From: a virus
Lineage: Duplodnaviria; Heunggongvirae; Uroviricota; Caudoviricetes
Strand: one strand, 5' to 3'
DNA: 36,886 nt
IMG/VR virus record: IMGVR_UViG_3300029305_002776
The notes beneath the pieces are model-generated. The model was not told where the DNA came from and did no database searches. It saw only the letters and a list, made by a program, of their open reading frames with translations. The translations under genes and the position numbers were made by a program. Shown here piece after piece: positions 28,301 to 35,528 of this stretch (within the stretch, counting starts at the first letter, position 1; each line of letters begins with the position of its first letter).

Positions 28301-29642
28301 AAGTGGTGAAACTGATAATAGTAATACATATCGTCTATTTAGTGGATGGGATAAGTCTGGATATGTTGATGGAGACAAAACTATTAATGCTGTTTATGAT
28401 ACTTGTGTATGTGTTGGTGATTATTTTGATGGAAAAGACATTTCTACAATGCGTCCAGTCGAAATTTATGCCATGACAAAAATGCAAGAAGCAGGACTTA
28501 TTGATATTGCCAATTATGTAAAATCTAAAGACTCTATATCTATTGTCCTTGGCAATGATGTTAGTTATGAAGATGTAAATGAACAAGTTCTCGTCTCACA
28601 AAAAACTGTATTTAATGGTTCAAATTATATTGATACTAATATTCAATTGTTTGATGAAGATAAAGATTTTGTTCTTGCTGTCGAATATTCTATGAATAGT
28701 GACAACCAAAACAATGCTGCTCTTGCTCAATGCTTCTCTGGATTTAGAACAAGTGGTTTTAGATTATGGTATAACTCTGGTGTAAAACTTGGTTGTGGGC
28801 CCAATAATGAAATTATATCTTCTACTGATAGCAGAGAAATTGCAGTTATTAGACATATTAAAGGAGAATCTGGTGTGCATGTATATGTTTCTAATACAGA
28901 CGGAACAGAATCTTCATATGTTAATATTACTGGTAAAGAAGATATGCAACATTTTAATACATTGGTGTTTGGTTGTAGCAAAGCAGACGATGGCTCTTAT
29001 GAAAATTTCTCCAAGGGCACTATTTACTGGAGTAAGTTGTGGTATGCAGATTTAGGAAATGAGGTTTGCGCTCAAATTGCAAGTTGGCCTCATGAACAAA
29101 TTGATTTTGAAATGTGTGGATTGAAGCGTTATTATTTAAGTGATGGAACTGGAAAGCGTAGCTCCATGTCATTCTTGGCAGCAAATGTGTTAAACAAAGG
29201 TATGGAATTAAATAAAATTGGTTCAAACGATGGCGGATGGGGTGGTTGCTCACTTAATACATATCTAAATACTAGAGTGTATAATGCAATCCCAGATGTA
29301 TGGAAACAGCTAGTCAAGAAAGTTCAGATTAAAACCTCTGCTGGAAACAAGTCAACAGAAATTGTCAATACTGATTGTTATATTACAATCCCGTCTATTC
29401 ATGAGCTTGTTTCTTCAATGAGTAATGATCCATATGGGTCAGAAGGTACGCCAATTGATTACTTTGTTAATCCAGCAGATAGAATATGTTATGACGAAAA
29501 TGGTGTGGCTGTTGACTACTGGACACGTTCTCCAAATGTGGGTTATACATCTTACAATTACTATATTAGTGCTACTGGTGCAACTCAACCAATTGGTGTT
29601 TTAGAGAACAAACATCATGTAAGAATAATGATTTCAATTTAA
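22353..29642 (+). CDS. 2429-aa multidomain tail/baseplate protein: BppU-like N-terminus, fibre repeats, Ig/LamG-like domains, CotH-kinase-like domain, LRR, Listeria-Bacteroides-type repeats, DUF6273-like C-terminus
   Basis: N-terminal IRFVWLVDEQAT..VGNLKFEIHA; repeats YYTKSEVD; GQGTSS, DNHAKN and DYDNDTALG; LRR L..L.L..N pattern; YEFAGWD and LFSGWD; YWTRSP. Domain calls come from recalled motifs. Confidence 0.75.
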   Translation: MALSFEESKKLLAQQAATPMMMSARTDIMTLNDDSGTIAAYSGEMWTRDNSYRWFDDYVDDKISYIDENKNITIDPSQVNISQEINSQFIPFEMMQKYDGIDLSGMTISIHYTRKDGTHGESSPVNVEHSGEKIRFVWLVDEQATCVVGNLKFEIHADGAIIDSEGNSYGYRWKSKSTDKFNIIESLCGNTDCEETIVVNDDWVQDIVTDVTNKVANKIVDAQISNQVVAAQKAASDAEAAADEAQSTVEAALINYYTKSEVDNAVANVKVDLTGYATESYVQEQINAIPDVDLSEYALKSEIPVDYLTEVPEEYITDEELNAKGYLTEHQSLDAYALKSEVPSVAGLATETYVQEEIAKVDISDQLVDYAKKSDVYTKEEVDTAISNVEVDLSGYYTKTEVDTKTDSLSSFISTNASSITSLNKTVEDINNTIAGIDKSSRVTYDATYGNVENADGSTSKYMFTLWKTEDGVRSPQDRFQIMGGGGGGSSSVTLRIAYIEGYTTPIVVTANDPAIIKYEFSGEDSAGDTNLDGIASWKVGNRTVATQDVATGVCEFDLTDYVSIGDNKIVLTITHATGALATKAWTVKVVDVRLESSFDDTRVNNANSSVNFTFTPYGGVEKTVHFLLDGKEIATKISSAAASGLSDSYAIPAQEHGTHLFEIYMTAEINGKIIESNHIIKDIIWYDNNSDVPVIGCVNQKFTARQYEATNIVYTVYDPSTETPSVTLRATYVNKDGEMVEEFTSNLVLNSNTPDPWQYKTDVVGEHILTITCGDTVKTLVATIVELGINVTPITAGLAFDFNPVGRSNNDENRLWSYVDSGIGMTVSDNFDWVNGGYQIDKNGDQCFCIKAGTSAEINYELFGDDAKVNGKQFKLIFKTENVAEPDATFLSCISNTTSSDHVGVVMKAHEATIYAKTASLPLPYAEEEVIEFEFNITSDSESPSMVMGYEDGVSTRPFVYDSTHDFQQHKDYRKTISLGSNDCDLYIYRFKVYNTSLSDRDILNNFIADARSAEEMIDRYERNQIYKEGILDPDYLAEICPQLRIIKIETPYFTSDKDEKIGSVVSEKTGETLMTSVECIYKGGDPILDNWVATDVVHSGQGTSSNNYGPSGRNLDIIMKRYKDKKTDKYLNENPIITLSNNTEVSKVALTRNSVDVNYFNIKVNIASSENANNALLAKRFNTYQPYVRPIVRDSAEEAAKVKDTMEFQNCVIFVKESDPNLNTHREFNDNNWHFYAIGNIGDSKKTDDTRLTDPSDPYECILEVMDNTLPNSTMPTGVVDENGAPVYPIPVDQWTVGNSAYDSLYAEKFDEKKATDKENGLADTYGWRYIYEDGTDEQNAEYRAYVENKWREFYTFVVTATNEDFKAHLGDYCVLNSVMYYYLFTLRYTMTDNHAKNSFWHYGKTGEVDSDGNPIRKWDLNFDYDNDTALGIDNYGRMTYRYGYEEIDYVDGTNDWVWNAPQHVFFLRLRELFDDELSALYNVLPADCWSATSLINQFNDWQMQFPEELWRLDIERKYIRTYTGSYINGPAYPEFLTERANGRKKAQRAQFEKNQEKYMASKFVSKAAFDDDIILRCSVPNTTLAIPANFDMHLTPYSYVYLNVKYNTSPPIKIRAVPNQEYTIKYDGDVADIIEIYSASCLKSVGDLSACYLTNGTFANATKLRELVLGNGAVGYNNTNVMTLGLGSNSLLKKLDVQNMTKLKNALDLSGLKNLEELYAFGSSFESGVGGVIFADGGNIEIAQIPDVGTLQMKNLSYLKDDKFEATSYDNLSKLVAENSLLDLIALINDSPNLYQVRLIGVNWQLDDTSLLERLYELAGVTNTDGNSDRSVLAGKVHVKTIYEQDLYKYQAAWPDLEISWDNFVYQYVVTFINADENGTVLDVQHVVQNQKAENPIEKLENPIPVPTMESTVSTRYEFAGWDTDLTKPVSKNMTVKAVYNEFVREYTVRYVSNGIDCQEPVVAPYGSIVVYTGDMPTNTSGETDNSNTYRLFSGWDKSGYVDGDKTINAVYDTCVCVGDYFDGKDISTMRPVEIYAMTKMQEAGLIDIANYVKSKDSISIVLGNDVSYEDVNEQVLVSQKTVFNGSNYIDTNIQLFDEDKDFVLAVEYSMNSDNQNNAALAQCFSGFRTSGFRLWYNSGVKLGCGPNNEIISSTDSREIAVIRHIKGESGVHVYVSNTDGTESSYVNITGKEDMQHFNTLVFGCSKADDGSYENFSKGTIYWSKLWYADLGNEVCAQIASWPHEQIDFEMCGLKRYYLSDGTGKRSSMSFLAANVLNKGMELNKIGSNDGGWGGCSLNTYLNTRVYNAIPDVWKQLVKKVQIKTSAGNKSTEIVNTDCYITIPSIHELVSSMSNDPYGSEGTPIDYFVNPADRICYDENGVAVDYWTRSPNVGYTSYNYYISATGATQPIGVLENKHHVRIMISI
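23116..23561 (+). repeat. Degenerate fibre-shaft repeats (DL(S/T)xY(A/Y)(L/T)KSE(V/I))
   Basis: NYYTKSEVD, DLTGYATESYV, DLSEYALKSEIP, LDAYALKSEVP, DLSGYYTKTEVD. Confidence 0.75.
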
Positions 29643-29655
29643 GGGTGGTGGTCTT

Positions 29656-29970
29656 ATGTATTATAAAGTGTTAAAAGATAATAAGGTTATAGATGTATTA
29701 GACCATCTAATTTTTGTTAAATATCAGGAGAAGCATGACATCATGCTTCTCTGTGATAAATTAGAAGCACAAGGAATAGTATCTTCTGATGAAAAGTGTA
29801 TTTGGCATGTCGCAGGTATGCACGAAATGCCAAAAGACGGATATGATACAGTTAAATTGGTTGTGATTGATGAGCATGAATACAATCAATTAAAAGTGTT
29901 AAATATGAAAACTCCAGAAGAAATTATTGATGAATATACCCTTTTGTTAATTGAGGGAGGTATATTATGA
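29656..29970 (+). CDS. XkdW-like tail fibre assembly protein
   Basis: Follows the giant tail protein; TPEEIIDEYTLLLIEGG C-terminus; pairs with the XkdX-like ORF. Confidence 0.6.
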   Translation: MYYKVLKDNKVIDVLDHLIFVKYQEKHDIMLLCDKLEAQGIVSSDEKCIWHVAGMHEMPKDGYDTVKLVVIDEHEYNQLKVLNMKTPEEIIDEYTLLLIEGGIL

Positions 29971-30107
29971 GCCAATTTATTGAAAGCTTATGTAGATTAT
30001 ATAAAGATGGCAAAGTTTCTGATGAGACGTTAGAAAGAATGCTGTCAGAGAATAAAATTAATAAACAGGAATATATGCTTGTTATTTCTGTGAAAAATGC
30101 CACATGA
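29967..30107 (+). CDS. XkdX-like 46-aa protein, absent from the ORF track
   Basis: MSQFIESLCRLYKDGKV...KINKQEYMLVI; RBS ggaggt; ATGA overlap with the upstream stop. Confidence 0.7.
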   Translation: MSQFIESLCRLYKDGKVSDETLERMLSENKINKQEYMLVISVKNAT

Positions 30108-30120
30108 AAGGTGGTGCAAT

Positions 30121-30981
30121 ATGTATACTTTATTAATAAATGAAAATAATGAGGTTGTTACAACGATCAAAGAACGTATTATGCAACGCAGTAAACTTGT
30201 AGACGATCTGCATTTTTTGATGAATCCAACTTATAAAGGTATTGATATGTCTGGTTTTACAGTTATGATGGAATATGTTTTACCTGTCAGTAAAGAATAT
30301 AGAACTGAGTATCTTGTAAAGTCTGATGAACTTTATAAAAATCAAATTGAATATAAATTGCCATTTGATACTTGGTTAACCAGAGAAGCTGGTCAAATCG
30401 AGATACAATTAACTTTTATAAAAGTTTCTTTAGATGCGGATGGTAAATCTAAACAACAAGTTAGAAAAGCAGGGCCTGCTTATATTACCATTATTCCAAT
30501 TGCTGCATGGAGTGAGATTATTGCAGATAATGCATTAACAGCTTTAGATCAGAGATTAATCCAGGTTGATGCAATGATTAATGCAGCAAATGAAATGAGT
30601 CAATATGTTTATGACAACAAGGCGGATAATATTCTCTATGACAAAGAAGGCAAGTACATTCAGTTAACAGCAAATGGACAACCAATTGGAGACCGTATTG
30701 CATGGGCGAATGGTGGAGGCTGTTCAGTTGTTGACGTTAAAATTGACGAGAATGATAATTTAATTGTTACTTTGTCGGATGGAAGAATTATTAATGCAGG
30801 TAATGTTTCTGGTGCAGATGGAGTAACGTTTATCCCACACATTTCTGATGATTATATCCTTTCTTGGACAAATGATGGTGGTCTTGAGAATCCTAAATCT
30901 GTTGACTTGTACCCACACGACGAATGGTCTAATGTTCCAGAAGAAGGCGTTGAGTCAGAATATACTTGGGAATTTATTTAA
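30121..30981 (+). CDS. BppU-like baseplate/fibre adaptor protein
   Basis: LPFDTWLTREAGQIEIQLTF; LSDGRIINAG and FIPHISDDYILSWTNDGGLENP phage structural motifs. ATG 30121 after aaggtggtg. Confidence 0.65.
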   Translation: MYTLLINENNEVVTTIKERIMQRSKLVDDLHFLMNPTYKGIDMSGFTVMMEYVLPVSKEYRTEYLVKSDELYKNQIEYKLPFDTWLTREAGQIEIQLTFIKVSLDADGKSKQQVRKAGPAYITIIPIAAWSEIIADNALTALDQRLIQVDAMINAANEMSQYVYDNKADNILYDKEGKYIQLTANGQPIGDRIAWANGGGCSVVDVKIDENDNLIVTLSDGRIINAGNVSGADGVTFIPHISDDYILSWTNDGGLENPKSVDLYPHDEWSNVPEEGVESEYTWEFI

Positions 30982-30986
30982 ATTGT

Positions 30987-31027
30987 TAATAAAAGATTAA
31001 GATAGTCTTTTATTATATTATTTTTTT
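30987..31027 (+). terminator. AT-rich hairpin with T tract, possible terminator
   Basis: taataaaaga / tcttttatta, followed by a T run. Confidence 0.45.
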
Positions 31028-31049
31028 ATGAAAGGAGAGACGATACATA

Positions 31050-31949
31050 ATGAATGTTAAATTTTTTAGTGTAAAGCTTAAATCAACATTTGATGCAATT
31101 GAAACAAAAGACAGTTTAGCTCTGTATTGGATTGCTGAAACTTCTGAGCTCTATAAAGGCGATCAACTATTTGGTGTTGGTGCGTTAGCAACTAAAGTAG
31201 CTGATGGTTTACTATCTGCTGAAGATAAAGCAAAGTTAGATGCATTAGTTCTTGGTGACGGCATTAGTAATCTTTCTGCTGTTGATGGAACACTTGTAAT
31301 TGCTGATGGCGCTGAAGGTGGCAAAACTATTAGTGTAGCTATCTCTGATGAGGCAGGTAATGTTCTAGTTAAGAAGGAAGACGGTCTATATGTTGACTCC
31401 GTTGGTTCTGCTGATTTACCTTCTTATTCTATTGAAAAACAAGAGACTGCAGAAGATGGCTATGCTACTAGCTATAAGTTAAAGAAGACTGTTGGCCAAG
31501 AGGAATCTTATGTTGGCGATGTAATTAACATTCCAAAGGATTTAGTACTAAAGGCAGCAACTCTTGAAGTTGTTTCTAATCCAGATGCTCCTTATATTGG
31601 TGCAGTTGTGGGTGATCCTTACATTGATATGGCATTTAATGACGCTAATGCAAGTCATATTTATGTCCCTGTTAAGGATTTAGTTGACACTTATACTGCT
31701 GGTAATGGTATTGATATTGTTGATGGCGTTGTAAGTGTTAAGATTGCTACCGAATCTAACGGTCTACAGTTTGTAGATGGCGCAATGTCTATGGCTCTAG
31801 CCACTACTACTTCTGCTGGTGCTCTATCTGCTGTTGATAAGGCAATTATTGATAGTATTGCTAATACTTATGCAACTAAAGCAGATGTACAAGTTATTTC
31901 TGATAAGATTAGTGCAGCTGAAGAAAGCTATACTTGGACAGATATGTAA
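31050..31949 (+). CDS. Putative fibre/virion structural protein
   Basis: N-terminal ALYWIAETSELYKG module; YTAGNGIDIVDG and TTTSAGALSAVDKA fibre motifs. Confidence 0.65.
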   Translation: MNVKFFSVKLKSTFDAIETKDSLALYWIAETSELYKGDQLFGVGALATKVADGLLSAEDKAKLDALVLGDGISNLSAVDGTLVIADGAEGGKTISVAISDEAGNVLVKKEDGLYVDSVGSADLPSYSIEKQETAEDGYATSYKLKKTVGQEESYVGDVINIPKDLVLKAATLEVVSNPDAPYIGAVVGDPYIDMAFNDANASHIYVPVKDLVDTYTAGNGIDIVDGVVSVKIATESNGLQFVDGAMSMALATTTSAGALSAVDKAIIDSIANTYATKADVQVISDKISAAEESYTWTDM

Positions 31950-31962
31950 TTAAAACATTTTT

Positions 31963-31977
31963 ACAGTACAAAATTAT
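31963..31977 (+). promoter_or_regulatory. Conserved motif copy 7 (ACAGTACAAAATTAT)
   Basis: Intergenic, just upstream of RBS aggagg of the 32001 gene. Confidence 0.6.
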
Positions 31978-32000
31978 AATTTTATAGGAGGAAATAAATT

Positions 32001-33917
32001 ATGGCTGATAACATGATTAAATTTCTGAGAGGCAATGTAGCTTCTCTACCTCAAACTGCAACTCCTGGTGCAGTATATTTCACTAAGGATGAGGGCTTAT
32101 ATCTTGGCTTAGAAGATGGTTCCTACCATCGCTATGGTGATTTTATCACTAAGCCTGATGTTGCTTCTCTACCTGTTGACGGTGCTCATGAGACCTGTAT
32201 GTATTACTGCGTTGCTGAGAACGTTCTAGCAAAATGGGATGGTGAAAAGTGGGTACAAATCAACAAGCAGAAGACTCTTGCTGAACTAGGTGGAGTTGCT
32301 AAGTCTGTTTATGAGGCAAAGATTGCTCTATTAGAGAAAGCAGATACGGATAATGCTACTGCTGTTTCTGATCTAGAGACTTATGTTGGTACTTTTACTC
32401 ACGACACCGCTAAGACTGTTGTTGAATATATCAATGCTAAGACTGATGGTATTGCTACCTCTGGCAATCTGGAAGCTCTTGGTGCTCGTGTTACCACCGC
32501 TGAGAACGACATTGATAAGCTAGAAGCTTCTCTTGCTGATGGTGGCGCTACTGCTACTGCCATTGCCAATGCTAAGGCCGCTGGCGACGCTGCTCAGTCT
32601 GATGTTGACGCTCTAGAGCTTAAAGTTGGCGAAGTTGCAGAAGGCAAGACCGTTGTTGGTCTAATTGGTGAAGCTCAGACTCAAGCTAATAAGGGTGTTA
32701 CTGATGCTGCTACCGCTCAGGCAAAGGCTGATGAAGCTTATAACCTAGCTAACGGCAAGGCCACCATGACTCAGGTAAACGAAGCTATTGCTGGTGCTGG
32801 GCATGCTGTTCAGTCCGAAGTTGACACTGCTCTCTCTAATATGGAAACTGCTTATAAGAAGGCAGATTCTGATCTTAAGACTGAGCTAGAGGGTAAGATT
32901 GGTGCAAAGGTTGCTCAGACTGATTATGACACCAAGGTTGCAGCTCTTGAAGGCGAAGACACTCGTCTTGCTGGGCTAATCGCTGGTATTGATACCGAGT
33001 ATAAGAAGGCCGACACCGCTCTAGATGGCCGCATTGCTGCTCTTGAGGCTGATATCACTGGACTATCTGGCGCTATGCACTTCAAGGGTGTTGTTGATGC
33101 ACTACCCGAGACTACCGAAGACTACAATGATGGCGACACCATTATTGTTGGCAATAAGGAATATGTTGTTAACGGCGAAGCCTTTGTTGAACTAGGTGAT
33201 GTATCTGCTGAGGTTCAGCGTATCTCTGACCTCGAGGGTGTTGTTGGCAATGCCGAAGGTGGCCTAGTTAAGGATGTTGCTGATAATGCTGCTGCTATTT
33301 CCGCTGAAAAGACTCGTGCCGAGGCTAAGGAAGCTGAGCTAGCTGCTGCTGATACTACTAATCTACAGGCTGCTAAGGATTATGCTGATGATGTTGTTGA
33401 GGCTCTAGGCATTGCTGATTATGTCAAGAAGGCTGATGCCGATGCTGCTTATGCTGTTATTGGACACAACCATGATGACAAGTATGACACTAAGGGAGCT
33501 GCTGCTGCCGCCGAGTCTGCTGCCAAAGCTTATGCTGATGGTCTAGCTGGTAACTATGCTACTGCCGCCCAGGGTGTTAAGGCTGATACCGCTCTTCAAG
33601 CTGCAGATATTACTACTGGTAATGCCAATGGCACTATCGCAGTAAAGGGTACTGACGTTGCTGTTAAGGGTCTGGGTTCTGCTGCTTACGCTGCTACCAC
33701 TGCTTTTGATGCTGCTGGTACTGCCGAGACTAAGGCTAATGCTGCTGAGTCTAATGCTAAGGCTTACGCCGATGGCCTAGCTGGTAATTACGACGCTTCT
33801 GGTTCTGCCGCTCAAGCTCTAACTGATGCCAAGGCTTATGCTGATACCGCTGAGTCTGATGCTATTGCTACTTCTAAGGCTTATACTGATACTGCTCTCG
33901 CTTGGGGTTCTTTTTAA
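32001..33917 (+). CDS. Ala-rich coiled-coil fibre protein with internal repeats
   Basis: IKFLRGNVASLP...GAVYF N-terminus; AMHFKGVV motif; repeated AAES.AKAYADGLAGNY. Confidence 0.72.
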   Translation: MADNMIKFLRGNVASLPQTATPGAVYFTKDEGLYLGLEDGSYHRYGDFITKPDVASLPVDGAHETCMYYCVAENVLAKWDGEKWVQINKQKTLAELGGVAKSVYEAKIALLEKADTDNATAVSDLETYVGTFTHDTAKTVVEYINAKTDGIATSGNLEALGARVTTAENDIDKLEASLADGGATATAIANAKAAGDAAQSDVDALELKVGEVAEGKTVVGLIGEAQTQANKGVTDAATAQAKADEAYNLANGKATMTQVNEAIAGAGHAVQSEVDTALSNMETAYKKADSDLKTELEGKIGAKVAQTDYDTKVAALEGEDTRLAGLIAGIDTEYKKADTALDGRIAALEADITGLSGAMHFKGVVDALPETTEDYNDGDTIIVGNKEYVVNGEAFVELGDVSAEVQRISDLEGVVGNAEGGLVKDVADNAAAISAEKTRAEAKEAELAAADTTNLQAAKDYADDVVEALGIADYVKKADADAAYAVIGHNHDDKYDTKGAAAAAESAAKAYADGLAGNYATAAQGVKADTALQAADITTGNANGTIAVKGTDVAVKGLGSAAYAATTAFDAAGTAETKANAAESNAKAYADGLAGNYDASGSAAQALTDAKAYADTAESDAIATSKAYTDTALAWGSF

Positions 33918-33953
33918 TTAACAACTTAATATAATTTATATCTTAAACAAACT

Positions 33954-33986
33954 GAGTAGGGGAGCACAATACTCCCCTACTCTTTT
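33954..33986 (+). terminator. Intrinsic terminator
   Basis: Stem gagtaggggag / ctcccctactc (11 bp), loop cacaata, then tttt. Confidence 0.85.
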
Positions 33987-34003
33987 ATTAACTTTGAAAA
34001 TAA

Positions 34004-34069
34004 TTAGTTGGACTTTAGGTTAGTCAGAGACACTAAAAACTAACTTTTAACATATATAAAGTCAACTAA
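34004..34069. repeat. Nested imperfect inverted repeat
   Basis: ttagttggacttta 34004-34017 / taaagtcaactaa 34057-34069, enclosing gttagt / actaac. Confidence 0.5.
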
Positions 34070-34097
34070 AATCTTACTCAGAGAGGAGATTTATAAA

Positions 34098-34403
34098 GTG
34101 GCGCTTTTTAAATCACTTCGTGGGAAACGAGAAAAATTACCCACAAAAAAAACGGACGGTTATGCTTATTTTTGCACAGATGATAAAACATTTCATATAG
34201 ATTATATGGATGAAAATGGAGTCGTTCAACGTGGTCAATTAAACGCAAAAGACTCTGAAACTTTATCTGGCGCATCTTTGGAAGAAATTCTAGAGCTTAG
34301 CACGGAAGATTTAGCCGATGTTGCCAAGTCAGGTTTAATTGATGATATTTCTATTGGAAATGGTACTACTTTAATCTTCGATTGTGGCAACAGTAATGTT
34401 TAA
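34098..34403 (+). CDS. Short fibre-like protein
   Basis: GTG after gaggag; FKSLRG...LP...DGYAYFCTD N-terminal module; LADVAKSG fibre motif. Confidence 0.65.
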   Translation: MALFKSLRGKREKLPTKKTDGYAYFCTDDKTFHIDYMDENGVVQRGQLNAKDSETLSGASLEEILELSTEDLADVAKSGLIDDISIGNGTTLIFDCGNSNV

Positions 34404-34464
34404 TTAAAACAAATTGACTGTGCCACAGGTTTGCAACCTTGGCAAATTATATGGAGGTGAAACC

Positions 34465-35451
34465 ATGAAGTATTATCAAAAAAATGGTATTCATATTGTT
34501 GAAGTTCCCGTCAAAGACTTTGCGATTGTAATGTGTGACGAGCGTAAAAAGAGCGCAGAGAAAAAGGATTATTGTAACGCAGGATTCTTTGCGACCTATA
34601 ATGAGGGAGGCACAGCGTTCACTCTTCCTGTGGCACATTTAGTATGTGATTATGATGCAAGCAACCAATACACAAAAAAGTATTGTGAGGAAAGAGGTTC
34701 ATTTAATGGCACTAAATTTAGATTTGATAGTGCCTCCTGGTCTTATCAAAACCCAACACATAATAAAAAGATATCTACTTTACTTGTGTCTGGTGAATCT
34801 GCAACCATTTCTGATGTATTGAGCATTCCAGCAGGGCTTGATTATGCTATTAGCGGTATACCTATTATGCGTAATGGCGAGGATGTTAAATTTGCAACCT
34901 ATGTTAAGGGTCAAGGGTGGGATAGCTCTCCATTGTATGCAACTTGGCATACATTTATTGGCTTAAAGGCAGATAAAAAAACAATTTATGTTATGGGAAT
35001 GAAGACAAAAACTTATAATATGATTCGTACTGCCGAAGCATACAAAAAGTTCAAATCACTTGATATGTATGATGTTATTAAGTTAGATGGTGGCGGATCT
35101 TTTTATATGAATGTTGATGGCAAGGCTGTTGCTAGCACTTCTGAAAACCGTAGAATAAATACAATTATTACATTCGGAGAGACAGAAGAAGATAGAAAAG
35201 GTAACGAGAATAAAGATGATGTCAATCCGTATGCTGTTCCAAATGTAGTTTTACGTAGAGGTAATAGCTATACAGAATTCAATAAATGGCTTCAATGGCA
35301 ATTAAACCATCTTGGATTTGATTGTGGAGAAGTAGACGGTAAATTTGGTACTAACACTCATAAACAGGTCATAGCATTTCAAGATTCACGAAATCTTGAT
35401 AAAGATGGGGCTGTTGGGCCAGCAACTCGCAAAGAATTACTTAAGAATTAA
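34465..35451 (+). CDS. Phosphodiester glycosidase (NAGPA/DUF2233-like) fused to a C-terminal peptidoglycan-binding domain
   Basis: CNAGFF, IKLDGGGS, NRRINT; C-terminal LQWQLNHLGFDCGEVDGKFG...FQ...LDKDGAVGPAT. ATG 34465 after ggaggtg. Confidence 0.8.
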   Translation: MKYYQKNGIHIVEVPVKDFAIVMCDERKKSAEKKDYCNAGFFATYNEGGTAFTLPVAHLVCDYDASNQYTKKYCEERGSFNGTKFRFDSASWSYQNPTHNKKISTLLVSGESATISDVLSIPAGLDYAISGIPIMRNGEDVKFATYVKGQGWDSSPLYATWHTFIGLKADKKTIYVMGMKTKTYNMIRTAEAYKKFKSLDMYDVIKLDGGGSFYMNVDGKAVASTSENRRINTIITFGETEEDRKGNENKDDVNPYAVPNVVLRRGNSYTEFNKWLQWQLNHLGFDCGEVDGKFGTNTHKQVIAFQDSRNLDKDGAVGPATRKELLKN

Positions 35452-35528
35452 TATAAAGTAAACATGAAAAGATGGTTTACTTAGCTCCAAAATTTTGAAA
35501 TTGACAAATTAAAAGGAGTGAATAAAAA

